From NCBI GenBank assembly GCA_965248755.1, contig OZ252149.1, forward strand, positions 4,128,001-4,192,000: a DNA stretch of 64,000 nt, given 5' to 3'. The position numbers and the translations under genes are program-made. Positions 38,906-48,924 of the stretch are shown here, piece by piece. Position 1 is the stretch's first letter. The number at the start of each line of letters is the position of its first letter. The DNA comes from Candidatus Latescibacterota bacterium (GTDB lineage: Bacteria; Latescibacterota; CBDEFO01). Below the pieces are notes generated by a model. It had not been told where the DNA came from. It did not search any database and saw nothing but the letters and a program-made list of their open reading frames with translations.

Positions 38906-41313
38906 TCTTGCCCCTCCTTTGATGGTATCGTGACCTCGAATGTCACTCTGTACGTAGGTATGCTGATGGAATCGATCACTTCCTGCGGCGTTGGGTTATA
39001 AGATCTCATCTTGGAGTTCTCATCAAGTGCTATTATGTCTTCGTACATACCTGAATGTTTCAATTTGTCTAGCTCATCGGTCAGTGGCTCGATCAGAACC
39101 ACGTCTTTTTGAAAGAGGTCTAATTCGCCTTCCTCTATCAATCTGCCCAATTGCTCACGGATCTGCTGGTAACTTCCCTTGTCCTCGGCACGGAAACCCG
39201 GTTGCAGATATGGGCCTATGAGCGGGACATTGAATTCGGAGACACGCGTGCAGGAGTGTCTGATTGAGCCGTTGTGCGCAAGCGCGATTTGCTCCGCAAT
39301 GTACATACCTATACCCAACCCTTCTTCTTGATGAGTATTTTGTCCACGGTAATATAGTTCGTATGGTCTGTGTCCTTCTTCTATTTCGGGGCCGTAATTG
39401 GTAACGTACAAGGTGTGAGGGATTTGAGGACCTAAGTCGAGCTTTCTGCAATCTAAGTAAATATTCGTGCCCCGATAGCAGTACTTTACTGCGTTGTGCA
39501 CCAGATTGTAGAGCACCTGTTCTAACAGTTCCTGGTCGCCGTAGATCTGAGGTCGGTACGGGTCCGCTTTGTATGTAGCGGCGGCGATAAACTGCAAACG
39601 TTTCCTATCTACTTCCAGACGATACGTATTGATCCACTTGAAGAGCAACTCACTATATGCCCAGAAATGAGTCTGTCCTTTCGGTTCGGGCTTCGAAACC
39701 AGCAGTTTGACTTTTTCGGACAAAGAAGAAAGCTGTCTTAGATACCCATCAATGTCCCCGAATACGTCCTGTGTTTTCTTCTTCGTCATCTTCCTCAGCT
39801 TGTCGACATCGGACAGCCACATATCGTTGAGCCACGTGAAGCCGGACGTAAGTTGTCCGGACTCATGTCCAAGAATTCGGAGCGTTATTTCCATTAGTTT
39901 TTGCTCGTTAGCAAAGAGGATGGCGGAGAGGGTGGAGAGTACCGTGTTGTAAAAAGATATGATGTATCTGTCTAAGTATCCATTGAGCCTATTCTCAATC
40001 CCAGTACGCGGATTGTCGGCTAAGTATCCTACCAAAACGAAGATGGAGACTCGAGGAAAAAACGGAAGAGGGTAGAGGCGAATAAGATTGGTGTCTTGGT
40101 TAAATATATCTTCAAATTCTTCGAAACCCTTGAAAAGCACCTCCTTCTGTGCGCTTGTGACGAACCCGATGCGGGCATCTTCAGGTATCTTGTTCAAATT
40201 GAATTTAAGTGAGCCCAGTACGCGCTCCATATCTGAGGGTATATCGCCTCGGGGAGTCACGGCTTCAAGCGTGTCGATGTCGCCCTTTGTGTAGTGTTTG
40301 ATGCCGAAAACGATGGCGTATCGCACATGAAAATCTTCGATGAGAGAATCTAAACGAGGTTCCAACAACTTCCACAGGAGATCCAAACTGTCTTCGTTCT
40401 GGGGGAGCTCTTGGGGGAGACTGGCACGGAACTCTTTCGTGCGAAGATCCACCTTGTCCCTGCAATATAGCTTTCTTTGGATGTGCATCTCTTCGGCCAG
40501 CGTCTCCTCAAGCTTGGTGAGTTCTTCCGAAGCCTGCCCGATCAATTCGTTATATCTATCGTCGTCATATACGTTGCGTGGCTTAGAGACATACTCGTCG
40601 TGCAGGTCAGCTATCTTGCCTCTGATTTTCTCAGGTGTGCTTCCATGGTCGTCCAGGTATGTGTCAAAGCAGCGTGGATTGGCATCTAAGAATCTCTTAC
40701 GTACTTGCTTGATGTCGTGGAGTCTATCTTTGAGACATATCTGTCCCACCATAAACACCGCAATTACTCTGTCTTCGGGTTTGTCTTCAGATTGTTCTTC
40801 CCCAAGTACCTTGTCTTTAAGAAAGATAGGGAAGGCCAGCTCCATGTAGCCGAGGATCGGGCAGACGTACTCGAGATATCCTCGTTCTCCATCATTGATG
40901 AACGGAGGTGTTACTCCTGTAACACGGATATCCTGCTGAATCTTGCCGCTGTCCCTTATACTATTCCTTATCTTGGTCGGGAAGTTGGACCTGATTAGCT
41001 TGCAGAAAAGCTCAGCATATGTATTGTGAGAATCGTGGCAGAACTTATTGCTGGTGCACTCTCGAAATATCTTGCATATTGGATGCAGAGCAAAGTCGAG
41101 CAGTTTGAGATCGCTGCACACAGGCTCCCCTTCGGGAGAAAACTCGATCATCGTGGTGGGGCAGTCCAAGTAGGCAGAGATCCTCGTCTGAATGCCTTGT
41201 AGATGCTCATTAGTGATGACGCCCGGACCGGTGAGCTTCGCAAGTTCGCCGCCGTGTTTCTCTCCATCGTTGGTGATATGCTCAGGTCTGAAGGGCCACG
41301 TTCTTAGTTTCAT
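38902..41313 (-). CDS. Cytoplasmic sensor histidine kinase with PocR-like N-terminal domain
   Basis: Cys-containing PocR-like pattern (YVCPILGYMELAFPI..VGQ), LGHESG H-box, NLVHNAVKY, GLGIGMYI; no TM. Confidence 0.85.
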   Translation of the reverse strand: MKLRTWPFRPEHITNDGEKHGGELAKLTGPGVITNEHLQGIQTRISAYLDCPTTMIEFSPEGEPVCSDLKLLDFALHPICKIFRECTSNKFCHDSHNTYAELFCKLIRSNFPTKIRNSIRDSGKIQQDIRVTGVTPPFINDGERGYLEYVCPILGYMELAFPIFLKDKVLGEEQSEDKPEDRVIAVFMVGQICLKDRLHDIKQVRKRFLDANPRCFDTYLDDHGSTPEKIRGKIADLHDEYVSKPRNVYDDDRYNELIGQASEELTKLEETLAEEMHIQRKLYCRDKVDLRTKEFRASLPQELPQNEDSLDLLWKLLEPRLDSLIEDFHVRYAIVFGIKHYTKGDIDTLEAVTPRGDIPSDMERVLGSLKFNLNKIPEDARIGFVTSAQKEVLFKGFEEFEDIFNQDTNLIRLYPLPFFPRVSIFVLVGYLADNPRTGIENRLNGYLDRYIISFYNTVLSTLSAILFANEQKLMEITLRILGHESGQLTSGFTWLNDMWLSDVDKLRKMTKKKTQDVFGDIDGYLRQLSSLSEKVKLLVSKPEPKGQTHFWAYSELLFKWINTYRLEVDRKRLQFIAAATYKADPYRPQIYGDQELLEQVLYNLVHNAVKYCYRGTNIYLDCRKLDLGPQIPHTLYVTNYGPEIEEGHRPYELYYRGQNTHQEEGLGIGMYIAEQIALAHNGSIRHSCTRVSEFNVPLIGPYLQPGFRAEDKGSYQQIREQLGRLIEEGELDLFQKDVVLIEPLTDELDKLKHSGMYEDIIALDENSKMRSYNPTPQEVIDSISIPTYRVTFEVTIPSKEGQE

Positions 41314-41559
41314 ACTTGCATCCTCCTTCGCTCAGGGTTATCCAGTCTTTAGACCCTTTTGAAATAGTTACCAAATAAAAAGCGTCTAAAAATGCCAAAT
41401 TCCCTCCATGTATAATATTATCAGTGGTATAATATAATACAGAGAGACTGCCTTACCAAGTTTTTTTATACTATTGTTTTTGATTCCAGGGTTTTTCAGA
41501 AGGCTTTTAGATTGTTTGTTTCCCGTAAGCACTTCTTATACCAGCTAGATCAGCTCATC

Positions 41560-41833
41560 TGAGAGTCAGTAGCTGTGGCCTCTCCGTGTACACTGCCAGC
41601 GGCTTAGTCCACAGCAAGTGCAAATGTCCCGTCCCCATTATTCATCAACACTGATACACCATCATCATGAGCTACGGCCAAGTCATTATCCCCATCCAAA
41701 TCCGCAACGAAAACTGATGAGGGGAATCCCCAACGGCATAGTCAGTCGAAGGTCCGATAAGATCCTGCCCACAGGTAGGCACATTCAAAGTGACTAACAG
41801 TGCCAGAGCAGTATATAAGATTACACATCTCAT
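41560..41833 (-). pseudogene. 5' remnant of a secreted FG-GAP/VCBS-repeat protein
   Basis: MRCVILYTALALLVTLNVPTCGQD..TDYAVGDSP/SSVFVADLDGDNDLAVA..VSVLMNNGDGTF..D*; frameshift and stop. Confidence 0.75.
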
Positions 41834-41984
41834 TAGTATCGTCTCTTACTCGAGGGGCAGCAAAACAGATTTTACTTATGGCCAGCCCCCAGTTCCTAAA
41901 AAGAGAGAGGACCAAGGGGCATGTAAGTTTCGCTCACAGAATAAACGTTGAAATCATAATCTTTGCCATACTGATCTCGCCGTT

Positions 41985-43979
41985 TTATGCCTCCGCTGGC
42001 TGAATCTCAGCTATATCATACAGTTGTGTATCTATTTCCTGTATGAAACGGGACGGCTGTAGTATAGTCGAAGGTGAAGAGCTTCTACCTATATCTATTA
42101 AAGGATAGACTACGTAGAGTTCGTCTTTGGCTCTTGTGGCGGCTACGTAGAAGACGCGCCTTTCTTCCTCCTCTCCACCTTCCTCTTTCAGCGACCGATC
42201 TGCCGGGAAGGCTCCCTCGCACGCCCTTATCACGAATACGTGCTGCCATTCGAGTCCCTTTGCCCTGTGGATTGAGCTCAAAATTACCTTCTCGGTGTCA
42301 TCGGATCCAGAGACTACGTCCTGCCCCTGAAGTTCCCCGAGCAGGACGAGCTCTGAAAGGAGGTCTTCAAGTTCAGAGTATTGCTTGGCAAAGAGCCCTA
42401 ATTGTTCAATATCCTCAACTCTGGAAGTGTAATTGTCGTATCTTGACCTCAGATAGTCGAGGTATCCGCCTTCAAGTATGGCACTGATTAAAGCGGGAGG
42501 GTCGCTCTTTTTGTCTATCTCTATGAGTTTTTTGAGATCGCCAATAAACTGGCTCCAAAACATCAGGCTCTGTGAGGGCAGGACATCCGAGATTACGCCG
42601 GATTGGAGGGCCTTCAGGGGGTTGGCGGAGTTAGAGATCTGGTTCCATAACTTTCCCGCCGTGACGTTGCCGATTTTGGGAATCATAAGCAGGATCCTCC
42701 TCCAGGCTGTCTCATCGTGGGGGTTGACGAGAATCTTAAGGTAGGAGATTACGTCCTTTATATGGGCCTGCTCGAAGAATCTGATCCCATCCCTTATTTC
42801 GTAGGGGATATTGCGCCTTACGAGTTCTGCTTCCAGAATCGCGCAATGATAATGGGAGCGGTAGAGAACGGCTACCTCCTCTAATGGCACTCCTTCGTCT
42901 CTAATCTGGAGTATTCTGCTGGAGACGAAGTCCGCCTCCCCATAGGCGTCCTGGACGGGGACCAGGGCGGGAGAAAAACCGTCTTTCCTGACCGATTGCA
43001 AAACTTTGTCGTATTGATCTTTGTTGTGCCTTATGCTGTCGTTGGTGAAGTTTAATATCTGGGGAGTACTCCTGTAGTTGATCTCAAGTTTAAATATCTC
43101 GGTACCCGGATTTCGTTCGGGGAATCTGATGATATTGTCGTAGTTAGCTCCTCTGAAGGCGTAGATGCTCTGTGAATCGTCGCCCACGACCGTCAGATTG
43201 TTTCCGTTCTTGGAGGCCAGAAGTTCAACTATGTCCGCCTGGACTTTGTTTGTGTCCTGATATTCGTCCACCAAGACGTGCTGAAATTTTCTTCCATATT
43301 TTTCGAGGATTTCGGGAAAGTCCCTCAAGAGCACCAGCCAGTTTCCCAAGAGATCGTCGTAGTCCACAGAGTTGTTCTTCTTTTTTCTATCTCGATATTC
43401 GTCCTCTATCCGGATTATCTCATCCTGCAAGTGAGCAAAATAGGGATAATAGCGGTCCAGGATGGTCTCTACGCCCAACTGTGTGTTGAACGACAGGCTG
43501 ATGATGTTTCTGACTAAAGCCGCCGATGGAAAGCGCTCCTTCTTGGGCTCTATCCCGATCTCTGATATACAGACCTTGATTAGATCCTTTTGATCCTCTT
43601 GGTCGAGTATGGAGAAGTTAGATCCATAGCCGAGGAGTTTACCGTCCTGCCTTAGTATCCTGTTTCCTGTGGCGTGAAATGTCCCTCCCCATATCTTTCT
43701 TGCCAGTGGTCCTGTGAGGACTTCAACGCGTCGCAACATCTCTTTTGCGGCTTTGTTGGTGAAGGTCACAAGGAGTATCCCTGACGGGTCTATACCTTTT
43801 GAGAGCAGATAGGCGACTCTGTAAGTGATTGCCCTGGTCTTGCCGCTCCCTGCTCCCGCTATTACAAGCTTGGGGCCATCTCCGGCTGTGACTGCCCGAA
43901 GTTGCTGTGGGTTGAGTTCTCTTTCAAACTGCAGCTTAAGCCGGCTCTTTTGTTCAGTTTTTATCGTAAATACTCTCAA
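41985..43979 (-). CDS. UvrD/PcrA-family ATP-dependent DNA helicase (start uncertain; ORF extends to 44060)
   Basis: AGAGSGKT, TFTNKAA, VDEYQD, GDDSQSIYAFRGA, NYRS, HRAKGLEW, EERRVFYVA. Confidence 0.92.
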   Translation of the reverse strand: MRVFTIKTEQKSRLKLQFERELNPQQLRAVTAGDGPKLVIAGAGSGKTRAITYRVAYLLSKGIDPSGILLVTFTNKAAKEMLRRVEVLTGPLARKIWGGTFHATGNRILRQDGKLLGYGSNFSILDQEDQKDLIKVCISEIGIEPKKERFPSAALVRNIISLSFNTQLGVETILDRYYPYFAHLQDEIIRIEDEYRDRKKKNNSVDYDDLLGNWLVLLRDFPEILEKYGRKFQHVLVDEYQDTNKVQADIVELLASKNGNNLTVVGDDSQSIYAFRGANYDNIIRFPERNPGTEIFKLEINYRSTPQILNFTNDSIRHNKDQYDKVLQSVRKDGFSPALVPVQDAYGEADFVSSRILQIRDEGVPLEEVAVLYRSHYHCAILEAELVRRNIPYEIRDGIRFFEQAHIKDVISYLKILVNPHDETAWRRILLMIPKIGNVTAGKLWNQISNSANPLKALQSGVISDVLPSQSLMFWSQFIGDLKKLIEIDKKSDPPALISAILEGGYLDYLRSRYDNYTSRVEDIEQLGLFAKQYSELEDLLSELVLLGELQGQDVVSGSDDTEKVILSSIHRAKGLEWQHVFVIRACEGAFPADRSLKEEGGEEEERRVFYVAATRAKDELYVVYPLIDIGRSSSPSTILQPSRFIQEIDTQLYDIAEIQPAEA

Positions 43980-44152
43980 GACTTTTCCCGATCGTTCTGC
44001 CTGTGTTTGTTGGGTCCTTTGTGCAGTGAAAAAGGTAACCAATTTGTCTGGGGCAGTCAATAGAAAAAGAGTTTGTGTTTTTTCCCATCTTACTATATAT
44101 TCTTGGACGTGTAAACAGGTAGGAACATGCCAGGTGAAAGCCCAAGGAAAGG

Positions 44153-45436
44153 ATGCGAAAAATGTCCCGAAACGTTATTGTATTTCCTGAGACCCATAAA
44201 GAGGGCATAGATCTCTTCAGGGGGAAAGGTATCCTTGAAGAACAAGGCGTAATGAACTTCACACAACTCGTGGAGAACGTGAGCAAGCCTTATTTGGAAA
44301 CTATAGCATCGAGCGTGGGACATGAAGTCTTAGAATCTATCAAAGGAGAGGAGGAAATCAAGGTAGCGCAGTCCTTTCCCAGACCTGTGCCCACAGAGCG
44401 GGACATTACGCAGATTATAGAGGAACAGGATAGCGTGGACGGCATATTCACGGCCTCGGACGTCGGTCTTACATCCGAACATGTAGAATCCGCCTTGGAC
44501 AAAGGATTGAGGGTTATCGGCACCTGTTCAGTGGGTTGGAATCACTACTGGGATGTTATGCCCCAGATAACCAACTGCGGCGTGCCGCTTGTTAACGCCG
44601 GAAGATCGGCTGAGAAGACTACGGCTCAGTACGGAGTCCTGTGTCTTCTTCAGGCGTCCAGGGACATAGTGAAAGCCGCAGGATCGTGCAAGGGCATACA
44701 GCTTGCCGAACGTCCGCTCAGCTACAGGTACGAAGAACTGATGGGGGTAGACCTTTTCGGAAAAAATGTGGGAGTCATAGGTGCCGGCAATATAGGTACG
44801 CAGGCCATACTCCTATTAGCCGCGCACGGAACAAACGTCTATTACACCGACATCGTAGCAGACGAAGAGAAGCGGAAGAGGATCACAGAGAGATTCAACA
44901 CTATTAAAGAGCAGTTCGACTACAATACACGGATAGAGTTTATCCCGACAGAGGACGGCAGGCTATCGGAGAGACTTCTGAAAATTGTGGATTACATAAC
45001 CATCCATGCCAACCTTACGGAACAGTCCAGGGACCTTATATCAAAAGTAGAATTTGAACAGATGAAAGATGGAGTCAGGATCGTCAACACAGCAAGAGGG
45101 GAGATCATAGAACCCGACGCCCTATACGACGCTCTTGTATCGGGAAAGGTAGCAAGGGCTGTCTTAGACCCCATCTGGCCCGAACCCATAAGACCTGAAG
45201 ACCCCTATTGGAAGGTTGTGCAACATCCGAATGTGGACTTCACCTTCCATATAGCAGCAATCACAAACGAATGCTTCCGCACTTACACTATGACGGTTGT
45301 GCTTGCTATGACGGCCGTCATAGAAGGGCTTAAGCCTCTGAATGCGGTCAACAGCACCCCGTATCTAAGGAAACTTTTTGACATTCCTTCTGTGTATGAG
45401 ACAAAGAAGTATAAACAAGTAGACAGCAAGCCGTAG
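44153..45436 (+). CDS. D-isomer-specific 2-hydroxyacid dehydrogenase
   Basis: GVIGAGNIG, ITIH, NTARG, D..PEP, HIAA. Confidence 0.85.
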   Translation: MRKMSRNVIVFPETHKEGIDLFRGKGILEEQGVMNFTQLVENVSKPYLETIASSVGHEVLESIKGEEEIKVAQSFPRPVPTERDITQIIEEQDSVDGIFTASDVGLTSEHVESALDKGLRVIGTCSVGWNHYWDVMPQITNCGVPLVNAGRSAEKTTAQYGVLCLLQASRDIVKAAGSCKGIQLAERPLSYRYEELMGVDLFGKNVGVIGAGNIGTQAILLLAAHGTNVYYTDIVADEEKRKRITERFNTIKEQFDYNTRIEFIPTEDGRLSERLLKIVDYITIHANLTEQSRDLISKVEFEQMKDGVRIVNTARGEIIEPDALYDALVSGKVARAVLDPIWPEPIRPEDPYWKVVQHPNVDFTFHIAAITNECFRTYTMTVVLAMTAVIEGLKPLNAVNSTPYLRKLFDIPSVYETKKYKQVDSKP

Positions 45437-45459
45437 ACAGGCATCCTCTCGGATCCCTT

Positions 45460-45585
45460 GGGATTGATTTGCTTCGAACCGCCTGACGGGGTCGGGGTGG
45501 GTGCCCATAGCAATGACACCAAAGAATAAGGAACGTCATTAGCGAGTGGCTGATTGAATCTATCGGGGAAGCGAAGTAATCTCGG
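45460..45585. repeat. REP-like cluster with 21-bp hairpin (45548-45568) overlapping the cysH stop codon
   Basis: tgcttcg..gcaatgac; gtcattagcga..gattgaatctatcggggaagcgaagtaatctc. Confidence 0.8.
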
Positions 45586-46339
45586 AGGGGGAAAGCTGTT
45601 CTCCCTCTACGCTGTCCACTGCTTTTATATGCAGGCCGCATTCCTTCTCCTCAGGGGACTCCCACCACCATCTTCCAGCCCTTAAGTCTTCTCCGGGTTC
45701 GATGGCTCTTGTGCAGGGCGCGCAACCGATGCTCGGGAATCCCCTATCGTGCAGGGCATTATAAGGGACATCGTGCTCTCTTATATAGTCCCAGACGTCC
45801 TCCTGTGTCCAATCCGCCAACGGATTCACCTTCACGATGCCCCCTTGTGATTCGTCCAGCTCCACCTTCCCAAGTTCAGTCCGCGTCACCGACTGTTCTC
45901 TTCTTAGTCCCGTAATCCATCCTGAAAGCCCGGAAAGGGCTCGTTTTAGAGGCTCGATCTTTCTGATGCCGCAGCACAACTTTCTAAAGTCTATACTCTC
46001 GTAGAACAGATTGACTCCGTTTTCTCTGACCATCTTTTCTACAGCATCAGTGTGAGGAAAGTAGACCTCGAAATCGACGTTATATTTCTTTCTTAATGTA
46101 TCCATCACGTCATAGGTCTCCTGGTTTAGCCTCCCCGTATCCAGGGTAAAAATCCTGGCACGGGGGGCCAATTTGGTGAGCATATCCACCAGGACCACAT
46201 CTTCAGCCCCCAAACTGCATGCAGTTGCTATATCGGGATGAAATTCATCCAGAGCCCACTTTAGCACTTCCAGGGCGGTCTTGGACTCAAATTCGGCATT
46301 CTTTTCCTCCACATCTACCTGCAAGAGATCGTTTTTCAC
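45560..46339 (-). CDS. cysH: APS/PAPS reductase, Fe-S (APS-type) form
   Basis: LDTG, CCGIRK, WITGLRR, SIGCAPCT, RWWWE, ECGLH. Confidence 0.93.
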   Translation of the reverse strand: MKNDLLQVDVEEKNAEFESKTALEVLKWALDEFHPDIATACSLGAEDVVLVDMLTKLAPRARIFTLDTGRLNQETYDVMDTLRKKYNVDFEVYFPHTDAVEKMVRENGVNLFYESIDFRKLCCGIRKIEPLKRALSGLSGWITGLRREQSVTRTELGKVELDESQGGIVKVNPLADWTQEDVWDYIREHDVPYNALHDRGFPSIGCAPCTRAIEPGEDLRAGRWWWESPEEKECGLHIKAVDSVEGEQLSPSEITSLPR

Positions 46340-46372
46340 TATCGTCCTCCTTGGTTCAAAGGTTACTCAATC

Positions 46373-46624
46373 TCATATATGATAATTGTCTTTATAGACC
46401 TTCTTCCCGAAGCTAAGCTTCTCCCATAAGCGCTCATGGAAGTAATAAAGCATTAATTTTACAGCCGCTTCTGCAAGACCCACTCCGATGCTCAACGCCA
46501 GTTCCTTTGTAAAGCTAAACACAATGACTGAGGTAGTCAGTGATGCCCATATTCTCCAACTTACAGCTTTTGCGATGCTTCTGGTATGAGTGTCTACCAC
46601 ACTGTTTCGGACGCGCTTATCCAT
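46373..46624 (-). CDS. DUF2061 domain membrane protein
   Basis: RSIAKAVSWR..YYFHERLW. Confidence 0.85.
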   Translation of the reverse strand: MDKRVRNSVVDTHTRSIAKAVSWRIWASLTTSVIVFSFTKELALSIGVGLAEAAVKLMLYYFHERLWEKLSFGKKVYKDNYHI

Positions 46625-46786
46625 CGTCTTCTTCCAAGAATAGGTAGGGCAAGGATGTACTCCCGTCAGTTGACTACGAGCACCTTAGCCTACTTCGTGC
46701 GGCTTTGCTGCCCCCACTCCCGTCAAAGCCGCCCACGGCGCCTCGAAGCAGTCTCAGAGCATCGGAGGCGGTGTCTTCTATGCGGT

Positions 46787-47947
46787 CTAATGCCTTTTTG
46801 CTAGCCCTTCTACCAGAACGTGTGCAACCTCAGGTCTGGTCAACTCCGGCGGAGGAGCCAATCCCGCTTCTAACATCTCTCTCACCTTTGTCCCGCTTAG
46901 CGAAAGGTGATCATCATCTCCGTGCGGACACGTCCTGGGCGAGGCCATGTTCCCGCACCTTTTGCAGTAAAACGTATAATCGAAAAACATAGGCGTAATG
47001 CCGATTTCACTTTGCTCAAATTCCTCAAAAATATAGTGGGCGTCGAACGTTCCATAGTAGTTTCCGACTCCCGCATGATCCCTTCCGACAATAAAGTGAG
47101 TGCACCCGTAATTCTTTCTCACAATGGCGTGAAAGACCGCCTCTCTTGGCCCTGCGTACCTCATCGCAGCCGGAAAGACTCCCAGAAGCGTTCTGTCCTG
47201 GGGATAATATTCAGCGATTATCACCTCATAGCTTTTCATTCTCACCCAGGCGGGGATATCGTCAGCTTTGGTCTCTCCGACCAGGGGATGAATGAGGAGA
47301 CCGTCCACTATCTCTAAAGCGCACTTTTGGATATATTCGTGTGCCCTGTGGATCGGATTCCTGGTCTGAAATGCTACAATTCTCCTCCATCCTCTTTCTT
47401 GAAATATCCTCCTCATATCTGAGGGATATAATCTGTAGTATCCAAAATCCCTGTGTTTGGGCTGGTGAAGGATCGTCACCTTTCCGCCCAAAAGTACGTC
47501 ACCCGATCTGCCGAGGTATGCCACTCCAGGATGCGCCGGATCTTCGGTCTTATACACATAGATGGCCTCGTCCTGTTTGCTGTACCTAAACTTTTCCTCC
47601 AGATGCAAAACTCCCAGGACTATTCCCTCTTGGTCCGCTAAAGCTATGTCGGTTCCCTCCCTCAGACCGTCGTCTTCTTCCCGGTTTACGGCCAGCGTGA
47701 TCGGAATAGTCCACGGCAGTCCATTTTGCAGTCTCATCTGCTTAACGACGCTCTCGTAGTCAGCTCTGTTCATAAAGCCCTCTATGGGGCTGAATCCTCC
47801 CGTAGCTATCAACTCCAGATCGGAAACCTGTCTCCCGTTCAGTTGAACCCTCACCAATCCTCCAACCTTTTCCTGTAGCTTTTCCCTTTCGGCTCCGTTT
47901 GCAATCCTGTTTACCAGAGTTCCCCCGTGAGGACTCATCTGTGACAT
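46787..47947 (-). CDS. sat: Sulfate adenylyltransferase
   Basis: PHGG, GGFSPIEGFM, FQTRNPIHRAHE, MRYAGPREA, GRDHAG, SGTKVR. Confidence 0.95.
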   Translation of the reverse strand: MSQMSPHGGTLVNRIANGAEREKLQEKVGGLVRVQLNGRQVSDLELIATGGFSPIEGFMNRADYESVVKQMRLQNGLPWTIPITLAVNREEDDGLREGTDIALADQEGIVLGVLHLEEKFRYSKQDEAIYVYKTEDPAHPGVAYLGRSGDVLLGGKVTILHQPKHRDFGYYRLYPSDMRRIFQERGWRRIVAFQTRNPIHRAHEYIQKCALEIVDGLLIHPLVGETKADDIPAWVRMKSYEVIIAEYYPQDRTLLGVFPAAMRYAGPREAVFHAIVRKNYGCTHFIVGRDHAGVGNYYGTFDAHYIFEEFEQSEIGITPMFFDYTFYCKRCGNMASPRTCPHGDDDHLSLSGTKVREMLEAGLAPPPELTRPEVAHVLVEGLAKRH

Positions 47948-48007
47948 GCCTTCCTCCACTATAACCTGCACAAACCGATTTGCGTTGCTTGGAGCATATT
48001 TATATAT

Positions 48008-48061
48008 ATGTTGATCATATTAGTCAATAATATAAGATAAACAAAAAAATGGAAATGTCAA
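48008..48061 (-). promoter_or_regulatory. sigma70-like promoter with a downstream Rrf2-type (CymR/IscR-like) operator
   Basis: TTGACA-17-TATCTT, then palindrome TTGACTAATATGATCAA. Confidence 0.6.
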
Positions 48062-48072
48062 TAGGAAAATAC

Positions 48073-48127
48073 GGGCAGCTTAGGGTGGGCCGATTAGGGC
48101 GCGCAGATTAGGGTGGGAAGATTAGGG
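48073..48127 (+). repeat. Four 14-bp G-rich tandem units containing TTAGGG
   Basis: gcttagggtgggcc/gattagggcgcgca/gattagggtgggaa/gattaggg. Confidence 0.8.
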
Positions 48128-48159
48128 ACGGTGAAACCTTACATGTTCAAAAGCACTTA

Positions 48160-48537
48160 CTACTCTTCCTCTTTGATCGGCTTTGGTCTCCCACTGTCAT
48201 CTACCGAGACATACACTACCTCGGCCTCTGTAACCTTCACCTTTTCTCCCGTTTCGATCCTTTCAGCCTGGACCTCCACGCGGGTAGTTATGGATGTCCT
48301 ACCTATCTTCAGCGTTTGGGTGTAGAAGCTGACTACATCTCCGACACAGACAGGAGCTATGAATTCTACCTCCCGCATCGCCACTGTTACAAACCTGCTC
48401 CTTGCGTGCTTCCTTGCCTCTACACTCCCGGCCAAGTCCAGATGACTCAGAATTATTCCTCCGAAGATTGTGCCTGCACTGTTGGTGTCTTTTGGAAGCA
48501 TTACGACTCTTATTGTGGGCTCTTTTGAGCTTGGCAT
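48160..48537 (-). CDS. Acyl-CoA thioesterase (YciA/hotdog fold)
   Basis: [30 protein letters not shown]. Confidence 0.9.
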   Translation of the reverse strand: MPSSKEPTIRVVMLPKDTNSAGTIFGGIILSHLDLAGSVEARKHARSRFVTVAMREVEFIAPVCVGDVVSFYTQTLKIGRTSITTRVEVQAERIETGEKVKVTEAEVVYVSVDDSGRPKPIKEEE

Positions 48538-48755
48538 GTGTCCTCCTTTGGATAGGGGCTCACCACCCTCTATCCTCAATGATAAATAAAACTAACGGTC
48601 ACTGTAAAGAAAAAAAGGGAAAAATGTTCCTAAGATCATGGGATATCATGGGAAAAACTTGCATTGGAGATAAAAACGATTCTTCTATATTGTTTGTGAT
48701 ACAACAGAAATATTAACAATGACTTATGGACAATAATATATCTGCCATATTCTTC

Positions 48756-48772
48756 TTGGCACCATAATTGCT
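48756..48772 (+). promoter_or_regulatory. sigma54 -24/-12 promoter of the flagellin gene
   Basis: TTGGCAC-CATAA-TTGCT; IHF-like TAACAATGACTTA just upstream. Confidence 0.75.
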
Positions 48773-48924
48773 TGAACAATAGCGTGTAGCTAAACGTAAG
48801 GCGCGCTTAAATTCGGAGATCATCTTTCCACAAAAAGTTCTTGGATACTTTTTGTGGGCTCTTTAGTTCTGAAATCGCCCCATTCAATAGGGATATTATC
48901 TAACCTTTTAAGGAGGAATGGCTA

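Noticed and set aside
41985..44060. Helicase as part of a defence system
   Set aside because: Ordinary UvrD/PcrA architecture with no adjacent nuclease or ATPase
48073..48127. Telomeric or eukaryotic contamination
   Set aside because: TTAGGG occurs at a 14-bp period inside continuous bacterial sequence
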